Shown one piece after another: positions 8,940-17,192 of a DNA stretch of 64,000 bases. Under the pieces are notes generated by a model. That model had not been told where the DNA came from. It made no database searches and was given only the letters and a program-made list of their open reading frames with translations. The DNA is from Limisphaerales bacterium (lineage in GTDB: Bacteria > Verrucomicrobiota > Verrucomicrobiia > Limisphaerales > UBA11358), in assembly GCA_003134375.1 (NCBI GenBank), contig PLAY01000179.1:851-64850 (forward strand). Direction: 5' to 3'. The stretch's first letter is position 1, and every line of letters begins with the position of its first letter. A program made the position numbers and the translations under genes.

Positions 8940-9581
8940 ATGCAAACCTTGAATGCAGACCAAGTTGCCAGGCTGGTAAAGTCCATGCCGGAAAAAACCG
9001 CTTTTGACTGGAAGACGGATTTCACATTGCTGCAAGACGACGAGAAAAAGGGGGAGTTTCTCAAAGACCTCTCTGCCATTGCCAATGCGTGTGTGGACTC
9101 TTGCGGTTTTATCATTTATGGGGTGGACCCTCGAAAGCCAGACCCAATTTTAGGAATAACAGTGCATTATGACGACGCTAATTTACAGCAATTCGCCAGA
9201 GGGAAAATTGAACCATTGCCAGAATTTCTTTATTACGAAGTGCCTGTGAATTCCAAAACGCTGGGCGTTCTTCAAATAAATCCCACACGTCATCGTCCGC
9301 ATATAATTTCCGTTAACTTGGGGAAAGTTCGCAGAGGGCAAATTTTGATTCGACGCGGCTCTTCGACTGATGGTGTTGCAATAAAGGATCTTATAGAATT
9401 CTTCTACGGACCGACCAGCACCTATTTTCCGCAGGTCATAAAAAAGATGCAAGCAAATGCACAGCAACTAAGGGCAAGCGTTGAATATATGCGAGAATTG
9501 CGAGCACAGGGAAACGACGCTCTCCGCGACGCAGAAATTGTTGTAGGTGCGCCGAAAGGGTCGCTGGGAGCTATTTGGTAA
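8940..9581 (+). CDS. AlbA_2/Schlafen-like putative DNA-binding domain protein
   Basis: The in-frame ATG at 8940 starts MQTLNADQVARL... Motifs FIIYGVDPRKPDPILGI, LGVLQINPTRHRPHI and ILIRRGSST resemble divergent-AAA/AlbA_2 domains. The upstream part of ORF 8526..9581 is GC-rich low-complexity sequence and is unlikely to be coding. Confidence 0.55.
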   Translation: MQTLNADQVARLVKSMPEKTAFDWKTDFTLLQDDEKKGEFLKDLSAIANACVDSCGFIIYGVDPRKPDPILGITVHYDDANLQQFARGKIEPLPEFLYYEVPVNSKTLGVLQINPTRHRPHIISVNLGKVRRGQILIRRGSSTDGVAIKDLIEFFYGPTSTYFPQVIKKMQANAQQLRASVEYMRELRAQGNDALRDAEIVVGAPKGSLGAIW

Positions 9582-9748
9582 CATCCTTCAAATACCACAA
9601 CGCCCGCTCGCCCATCCCAAAATGACGGAATGCCCGGCGACTTTCCTTGACGAACCGATATTGGCCGCCACCGCAAGAATTCCTTCATGGTTTGAATTTA
9701 TCCGGCGTCCGCGCCTGCTTAACCGTATCCAGGCAAAAGATTTTCAAC

Positions 9749-9780
9749 GCAAAGGTGCAAAGGTGCAAAGGCGCAAAGGT
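9749..9780. repeat. 4 x 8-bp tandem repeat GCAAAGGY
   Basis: The sequence reads GCAAAGGT GCAAAGGT GCAAAGGC GCAAAGGT in a non-coding stretch. Confidence 0.85.
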
Positions 9781-10453
9781 TTGAAAAACCATTTTTGGCG
9801 GTCTTGGGCGTAGCCGTTTGGTGAGCGCAAGTTGCCAACCGCCCTCGTTCGGGCTTGCCCCCCAGCGAGGATGCCGAGCGCCGCAGGCGAGATGCCCGCG
9901 CTAGCCATCGGCACGCTTCGGTCGGCGGTTCGGGCGAACAGAAAAAGTGAAACGCCGGCGAAGAGACGGCGGGAACGGAGCCGGAGAGCAACGACCTCGC
10001 CGTGCCGCTGACGGAAGCTGGACGCGGATGCGTTTCCCATGCTGGGCCGCGACGAGCGCGCGTTACGCCACAGCGGAACGTGCGTTGGTCCCGGCCCACC
10101 CGCACTTGCATTCCAAGCGAATTGTGCTAATTGTCAAATTGAGACAGGGCGAAAGTCTGGATTCTCTCTTTTGGCTAGATCTGGCGAAAGCCGGTTCGAT
10201 GATGCCCCTTAATCCCATAATGGGTCAGGCAAATGCCTGCATAGCGAAAGCGCCCCTCAAATGAGGCTTATCTGGCGAGAGTTGACCGCCGGTTTGCGGT
10301 CGGCTTGATGACCCCCACTTCCCAACGGCATGGCTTTGCCATGCCTTGGGAGGTCGGTTTTGAATCCTGATGTGCCGAAAAGTTGTGATGAATTCATTAC
10401 AACCTTCACTTCGGGTTTTGCATAAAGTTGACGTAAAAAACGAAAGAACAATT

Positions 10454-11320
10454 ATGGAAATATCAAATGACGCGCCGGATCAAGAGGCCCCGACGATCAA
10501 GCAATGCGCGTTCGCCCTGGGGCTTCACGAGTTCAGCCTGTTCTCACGCATCCAAGCGGGCGACATCACCCCCACAAGGCTGCGGTCGGGCATCATGGCC
10601 ATTCCCGTCAGTGAACTGGAACGGCTCGCAAAATTGCCAATTCATTCGCTGGTCATGCCGCCGGAAAAACCGGCGGCGGTTTTGCCTGACAGTCGGTTGG
10701 GTATTAAAAGGGAACATTATTTTTGCACTTGGATGATACGGGATGGTGAACAGCAGGAATACGTTGTGCCGGGTGATTTTCGCCATTACACCGAAACTGA
10801 AGTCAAAGGCTACCGCGCCGCCTTCAGCACCATCGCCGACGAATTTGAATCTCTGACTGGCTTAAAAAAACAATTGGAAAAACCTGCCTCGCCTTCGCCT
10901 GAAAAGGAAATTTGCACTTCACAGCTTGGCGTCTGGCAGGTGCGTTCAACGCTGTTGAATCTCGGCCAGAGCAACATCCTGCTGTGCCAGCAGCAAAACG
11001 AATTCGCGGTGATTGAACGATTCCGGGATGAATCGCCCTACGCCAAGGCCAACGGCAACGCGGAGATTACGCTGGAGGGAAATGATGCCCGCCAGTTGGC
11101 GGCGGCTTTTAATGCCAATACGAAACACACGCTCGAATTCATGGCCAGCAACCAGGTCGCCATGGCGCAGAAGGTGATTTGGGAGCAGTTTCCTGATCAT
11201 CGTCCCGGCCATCTGGTGGCGGCGATTTCGGAGCGTTGCAGGTTGGCGGTCACGAACGAGGAAACGATTTCGCAGACGCACAAGCTGAACCAATCCACCG
11301 GCGGAGGCATGAGAATTTAA
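10454..11320 (+). CDS. HTH (excisionase/MerR-like) N-terminal domain protein with an unknown C-terminal domain
   Basis: ATG 10454 starts MEISNDAPDQEAPTIKQCAFALGLHEFSLFSRIQAGDI...IPVSELERL. It ends 10 bp before the next gene. Confidence 0.55.
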   Translation: MEISNDAPDQEAPTIKQCAFALGLHEFSLFSRIQAGDITPTRLRSGIMAIPVSELERLAKLPIHSLVMPPEKPAAVLPDSRLGIKREHYFCTWMIRDGEQQEYVVPGDFRHYTETEVKGYRAAFSTIADEFESLTGLKKQLEKPASPSPEKEICTSQLGVWQVRSTLLNLGQSNILLCQQQNEFAVIERFRDESPYAKANGNAEITLEGNDARQLAAAFNANTKHTLEFMASNQVAMAQKVIWEQFPDHRPGHLVAAISERCRLAVTNEETISQTHKLNQSTGGGMRI

Positions 11321-11329
11321 GGAGGTCGC

Positions 11330-11659
11330 ATGAACCCGAACATGGAACGTTTTTTGAATTTGAAGACGCATCCCGAACGGCTGACGGCGGAAGAGGCGGC
11401 GTGGATGCTGGGATTTTCCGCCCATGAAATCCCGATTCTGATCTCCAAGAATTTGTTGAAGCCGCTGGGACATCCGGCGCACAACGGCCCGAAACATTTT
11501 CTGACGGCGGCATTAAAAGATTTGGAGCGTGACGAGAAGTGGCACAGCAAGGCCGCAGATGCCGTCATGGAATACTGGCGATACAAAAATGGCCGGAAGC
11601 AGGACTCGACGGACACCCGGCAGCCGTCGCGTCTGCAAACCCAAAATGCCGGTGCGTAA
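11330..11659 (+). CDS. excisionase-like small HTH protein (three-member paralog family in this window)
   Basis: LTAEEAAWMLGFSAHEIPILISKNLLKPLGHP..GPKHF aligns with 41338..41646 (LNALEAAWYLGFQPHEISILTGAGMLEPLGHP..TPKFF). It is convergent with the integrase. Confidence 0.6.
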   Translation: MNPNMERFLNLKTHPERLTAEEAAWMLGFSAHEIPILISKNLLKPLGHPAHNGPKHFLTAALKDLERDEKWHSKAADAVMEYWRYKNGRKQDSTDTRQPSRLQTQNAGA

Positions 11660-11713
11660 GACTGGTCTGGAAAACAGGCGCGGGCGGAGAATCATCCGCC
11701 CGCGCCTTGCCGC

Positions 11714-12760
11714 TTACACGGCAGCGGCCATTGCCGGTGTTTCGACACGCAAGCCGGTGAACTTCGCCCGTTGCCGTTCGTATTCGCCCAGCGACGGCAG
11801 TTCCACTTTGGCTTTGCGCGAATAGGCGCGGTGGACGGCCTTGCTGTTTTGCCCCAAATGTTCCATCGCAAAGCGTTCGGGATAACCGGCGGTCTTCGCC
11901 CGTTCCGCCCACGCATAACGGTAGCTGTGCAGCGTCACGCCTTTGATTTTTAGGCCGACACAGCGTTGCTTGAACTCGGTGGCACGGTCGCCCGCGCGGA
12001 CGCTCCGCAGATATGGGAACAATGGGCCGTTCCCCGGCAGGTCCCGCAGGATTTCCGCCACGTCTTCATCGAGCCGCATGATGGCAACCGAGCCGGTCTT
12101 CTTGCGGGCATAGCTGATGACATGGTTTTCCCAATCAACATTCTCCGCCTCAAGAAACGCAAGGTCGGATTGCGCCGCGCCCAAGTGCCACGCCAGTTGG
12201 TAGAACGCCTTGCGTTCGGGATTCAGTTCGCGGGCAACGATGGCCTGATGTTCCGCCAGGGTGATGCCGCGCTTTTCCTTGAACTTGATGGCGGGCCAGC
12301 GTTTCTTGGGCAGCACCGGCCACGGCAGCCAGTTCATGTCGAGGGCGAAGTTGTGAACCCGGCGCAGATAAATGTTGGTGGACACCGAGCCAGTCTCCAA
12401 GACTTTCAGAAAATGCTCGGCCTGGGTTTCCAGCACGACCAGATTGCGGATGGAATCGAACGCCGTGTCCTTGATGGCGGTCAGCCAGCGATGATGCGTT
12501 TCGCCGGTTTTGAGTTTGGGGATTTCGTTCATGACGTGCTGCCATGTCCGGGTGGCTCCGGTGGGGTCGCCCGCCTTCCAATAGACGCGAGCCAAATGCA
12601 AGCTGAACGCCGGGGCGTCTTCGTTTTCGTTCTTGGCCGCGACGAGACGAAAGGCTTCATCCTTGTCGCGGGTCTTGAGGGTTGCCTGTTTGCCGGTCTG
12701 GTGGTCTTCGTAGTAGAAGACGCCCCAAGGGCGGAGGAATACGCTGTAACGTTGTTTCAT
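11714..12760 (-). CDS. tyrosine recombinase / integrase
   Basis: Catalytic-domain motifs are TLHSYRYAWAERA (HxxR) and LGQNSKAVHRAY (terminal Tyr region). It is highly similar to 46613..47662. The likely start is MKQRY at 12760, although the ORF extends to 12796. Confidence 0.9.
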   Translation of the reverse strand: MKQRYSVFLRPWGVFYYEDHQTGKQATLKTRDKDEAFRLVAAKNENEDAPAFSLHLARVYWKAGDPTGATRTWQHVMNEIPKLKTGETHHRWLTAIKDTAFDSIRNLVVLETQAEHFLKVLETGSVSTNIYLRRVHNFALDMNWLPWPVLPKKRWPAIKFKEKRGITLAEHQAIVARELNPERKAFYQLAWHLGAAQSDLAFLEAENVDWENHVISYARKKTGSVAIMRLDEDVAEILRDLPGNGPLFPYLRSVRAGDRATEFKQRCVGLKIKGVTLHSYRYAWAERAKTAGYPERFAMEHLGQNSKAVHRAYSRKAKVELPSLGEYERQRAKFTGLRVETPAMAAAV

Positions 12761-12774
12761 GTTCTCTTTCATGG

Positions 12775-15216
12775 TTAACCATGCAGCCGGTCCCAAAGCC
12801 GGTTGGCATGGCGCGGACGAATGCCGTGCGCCAGTTCCAATGCCAGCGGCCTGTGGCCGGAGCGAACCAGGTTCTCACGCAGTTGAATTTTATCCGGCGT
12901 GAAAATGCGGATGCCGCGCCGACCGCGTGAAATGGTGACATACCATTGCTGGGCATTCGTTGCCGCCTTGATGGTGGAGTCGGAAAAGAGAACGTGATCC
13001 ACGGTCTTGCCCTGGGAACCATAGGACGTGACCGCGTAGCCGGGGAGGAACTCCCGGAAACCTTTTCCCAAAACCCGGCCGTCGGCCAATTCGATTCCGC
13101 CATCGGCGCGGACGGTTTTGACCGTGACCAGTTCCCCGTTGGAGGTCCGCCCACCGGCAGCCAGGGTGCGATTGGCCTTGAGGTGCAGCCGCTCGCCATC
13201 CGCAATCGCAATTTCACGCGGGCGACAGACCGTGATTTTGTCGAGCAGCTTGTTGGCGACGGTGACGCATTTGCCATCCACCTCGACCAGCACGCCAATC
13301 TTTACGATGCCCAATAATTTTCCGCTCGCTCCGGGAGCGGCCTGACGCACCTTTTGATTGAACACAATCACACCGTCTTTCGGATAAAAACGCTGATCGC
13401 GCTTTTGGGCATTCGTCAGGTCGGATTTTTCCAGCACTTGAACGGTGACATCATTTGCGCCAAGCAATCCTTTGGACTTCAGCGCATCGCGCACGCGCGA
13501 GTTGACGCGGTGGACTTCCGCCCAAGTCTGCGAAACGACCACGGCGGACGATTTTTGCTCTGCCAACCGGAGATATTCGTCGGCCAGCTTGTCGGCCTGT
13601 TCACCCAAACCGCAGGCAACAATCGCGCCCATCTGGTCAAGCCGCTTAAATGATTCGACCAGCTTGCCCGCCGCCGCCGCTTCGACGGCTTTGCGATACT
13701 GCTTGATGCGCGCCCGTTCACCTTGATTGCGGGCCAGCGCCGGGTCTTGCCGTCGGATGGTGTGCAATTCAACCGGCGCAATGCCGGAATACCGCTCAAT
13801 GGCCAGCAGTGCATCGGAGGCTTCGACCGCGCCATGTTGGCGTGTATCACCAGAAAGAATCACCCGCGCATTACGCTCGCGTGCCAGTTGCAACAACTGG
13901 TGCATCTGGCGGCCACCAATCTGGCCGGCCTCATCCACAACAATGACCGCGCCAACGGCCAGTTCACCCTTGATCAAAAAATTGGCAATCGTCGTTGGCG
14001 ACGGGAATCCCGCGCTTTCCATGTCCACGACCTGCTGACGTTGCAGCGCGAGGACAATGACGCGACGGTCTGATTGCCGGATTTGTTCAACCAGCTCGCG
14101 CAGGACAAAACTTTTGCCGGTGCCGGCACCGCCTCGAAAAAGCGTCACGGTGTTGGTTGAACGCAGCAATGCGTCCAAAGCGTTGCGTTGTTCGTCATCC
14201 AATTTCGGATTCGCCGGCTGCGGATTCTCAACGAAGGGACGGCAAGCGCCGACGCCATCCTTTACGCTCTGGACGATTTCCAACTCGCGCAACAACACTT
14301 CGCGCAACGTCACTTCATTGGGACATTCAGGACTGTGGATGTAATTGCGCTGGCGGGTGAATTCCTTGAGTTCATCCAGCGTGAAACTTTCGCCGCGTGC
14401 CCGTTCCAATGCCTGTTGCCACAACTGGCATTCCAGTACGACCGAGTTGCGGTCGAACAAATGTTCTTCCGCCCATTGCACCGCCTCACCGATGTCAACG
14501 CGTCTGTCCGCAATGGCGACCTTTTCAGAACGGTTCGGAAGTTGTCGCAACAAAGCACGCTCGGCATCGCTCAATTGCGCGTCCCATAAAGTCCGCAATT
14601 CAGCCCGGCTCAAATCCTTCTGTTTCCGCGCCCGAGTTTTAACTGCCAGTTTGGCGCGTATCTCCTTGAGGTTTGCGCCGGCCAATTCCGGTTTTTCGTC
14701 CAGCAATTTTGCCAGCGCCTTGTCAATCTGCGCGTCCCGTTTGGAAAAGCGTTCGCAAATCGTTTCTGACACACCCTCGATTTGGAAATCCCCGCGTGCT
14801 TGGTTGCAAATCTGATAACCAAAACTCCGCAATTCACGGGCGAGTTCATGGTAATAGACGTTCTCGGCAAATTTTCGGGCGCGCAACAATTCATAATTTT
14901 GCAGTGCCTTCCAGCGTTGCTCCACCGGATCAAAGGTCGCGTTGAACACGACGCAATGCGTGTGCAAATGCGGGTCGAGGGCGCGCGAGGTGTCATGGGT
15001 GAACAACGCCGCCGCAAAATTGCCGGTGGAACGGTCGCCATGCCCGCCACCAGCCCGAACGCGGGTTGTGGCAAATGTTTCGAGTTCCCGCAATGCCGAC
15101 CAAACAGCATGATCGTGATTGATGATGGCAAAATCATCCTCGTGACCATGCCGCAGAAGTTCCAGACCGAGCGGCGTTATGTGAACACGTTCCTGAAACT
15201 GCTTTTTTACAATCAC
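12775..15216 (-). pseudogene. 5'-truncated MobF/TrwC relaxase-helicase, lacking roughly the first 80-100 aa with the catalytic Tyr region
   Basis: It retains FTHDTSRALDPHLHTHCVVFN and GGAGTGKSF. The ORF begins at an arbitrary GVG-type codon (GTG 15216), aligned to about residue 85-105 of the intact paralog 854..3586. It abuts a T4CP fragment on the opposite strand. Confidence 0.8.
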
Positions 15217-15744
15217 GCGCTTCGCCGGTTTGACAAGTCAAAGGCCGACCGCGCCGACGACAATTTGCTTATCCTGTGGGCGGACGAAGCGCAGCGGTTC
15301 ATGACCGCCAGCGAGGACGGCACCAGCGACTACAATTGCGTGGACGTGATCCGCGAAGCGGGCGCAACAATTGTCGCCGCTGCACAATCCACCACCTCAC
15401 TCATCCCGCCGCTTGGCAATGACAAATCAAAAGTGCTGACGTTGAATCTGCGCAACCGGATAATTTTCCGTTCTGCCGATGAAGCGGACGCCGTTCAAGC
15501 CGCCGATTTTCTCGGCAAGAAACAGGTTGTGAAGCGCTCCTGGGGTTCAAGTGCGGGAAAGCGCACTGTGAATTATTCCGAAATCGAGGAGCACAAAATC
15601 AAACCGCATCTGCTCCGCAGCCTGCGTGACCATGAATGTGTGCTGGTCCACTGCGAAAAGGGTTTCCAGCGTATCACGCTGCCGCCATTGGAAGCCGACG
15701 GAGAAACGCCAAAATGGTTTCCTTTATGGCGGCAGTTGATTTGA
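15217..15744 (+). pseudogene. C-terminal fragment of a type IV coupling protein (VirD4/TraG/TraD-like) with no start codon
   Basis: LLILWADEAQRF (Walker-B-like), ATIVAAAQSTTSL, NRIIFRSAD and HKIKPHLLRSL are consistent with a T4CP C-terminus. The N-terminal half, including the TM segments and Walker A, is absent. The upstream part of ORF 14782..15744 is antisense to the relaxase. Confidence 0.7.
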
Positions 15745-15932
15745 AGGCACCCTGGGAGCTGCGCGGCCTCTCACTCAACTCCGTTCCATCCGCTCCGTCT
15801 TCCGCTCGCACGCCGCCATCTCCAGACCGAAGCGTGTCTTGCCTTTCGCATCGTACGCAGCAAACTATCGCCAGTTCAGCCGAAGCCGAACCGAACATCG
15901 CACGCACGCCAAAGCGATGCTGAAGGTCAAGG

Positions 15933-17192
15933 GTGTCAACGTCGCCAAACCCAGCACCATGGTTCGTTTCACGCCGCCCCGCTACTAATCCCCCCCCCGA
16001 ATTTATTCGTCGCTTGGACAAGCGACTGTTGTCTTGCCCGTGGGCTTTTGCCGAATCATGGCATCGCTACCAATTGGCCCTCGCGACGGACGCGGCGGCT
16101 TCCGATGCCAGTGCGCGTGCCGCCGAGTCCGCCGTGCGCGAGGAGACCGGAGACGACCTTGAAGCCGAAAGCCGCCACCAGCACGCCGTCCACACCGTGG
16201 GACTGTGGTTGAAGCCTTTCCTTTCTGTGTTGAAGGCAGAGACCGCCGCGCTTGATGCTGCGTTGTCGTTTCATTCAGGGCGAGGATGTATCGATCTTGG
16301 AGAAGGAATTCGACCTCGGTGTGCCACAGGCCCAGAAGCGCGTTGAGATTCCCCGCGACACACAGATACAGCCGCAAAACGACGATGCCTTGGCAAGCCG
16401 CGCCCAACTCGCCGCGCTCGCCGCCGAACTCGATCTCAGCCCCACCACGCTCCGGCAAACCTTAGAAACCGCCATGGCGTTTGATTTCCGTTTTCCTGTT
16501 TTTCGCGACGAAGGTTCTACCACGCGCGTCCGATTCTCCACCGAGGTTCCCCCGGCGTGGCAAGCGATTGTGGACGATTCAGTGCGGCAGGCGCGCACCG
16601 GGGGTTTGCCCGCTCTAACTTTCGACCCCGCCTATTTCATCGACACCCTCGCGAATGGCCGCCAAGTTTTTCGACCCAAGCGCGACACGCTTCTCCTCCA
16701 CCTTGCACATCCGGTTTTTCTCCAAACCTTCGCCACGTTTGCCCGGCTGCGTTTCAAGGAAGGCGCACGCCAGCGCTGGATTGTGCGCCGGGGCGGAGTG
16801 CCTGCGGGTGCAGACGCCGTATTGTTGTTTACAGTGGAGGAACTCGCCGTCAACGACCTTCGCGAAACATTTCATCACTGGAGCCGCACGCTCGCATTGC
16901 CGGTCAAGGGCCGAACACTTGGTCAACTCCTGCCACACCAAAGCGCCAAAATCTGGCGCAGCAGCATTGCCGGTGCTGCCATCATTTCCACTTTCCGCTT
17001 TCCGCGTTTTCTTCCACCCTCTCACCCGTGCAACAGCCGCGCCAACTTGAAACTCTCGACGACCTGCTCGCCCAAGCCGCGCAACGCTGGACGGACCCGG
17101 ATAAATTTGTCAAGCTGGTCATTGACCAGACGCTGGCACGGATGAAACGCGGCTCCGCTTTCCTGCCGCCGAAAACGGGATTGGCAAATTGA
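15933..17192 (+). pseudogene. multi-frameshift remnant of a large, possibly helicase-associated, protein
   Basis: Protein-like sequence hops frames: frame 0 (..EFIRRLDKRLLSCPWAF..), frame 1 (..TLLLHLAHPVFLQTFATFARLRF..), then frame 0 again (..LETLDDLLAQAAQRWTDPDKFVKLVIDQTLARMKRG*). There is no intact start, and identity is uncertain. Confidence 0.4.
15990..15998. repeat. C9 homopolymer tract
   Basis: Nine consecutive C residues, read directly, lie inside the decayed gene region. Confidence 0.9.

Noticed and set aside
10141-10290. Resemblance to RNase P RNA (GGCGAAAGTCTGG vs GGAAAGUCCGG; GAGGCTTATC vs CCGGCUUAUC) or to a tmRNA 5' end.
   Set aside because: Only two short patches match from memory. 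The other universally conserved RNase P blocks are absent, there is no tRNA-like 3' end, and the length is too short.
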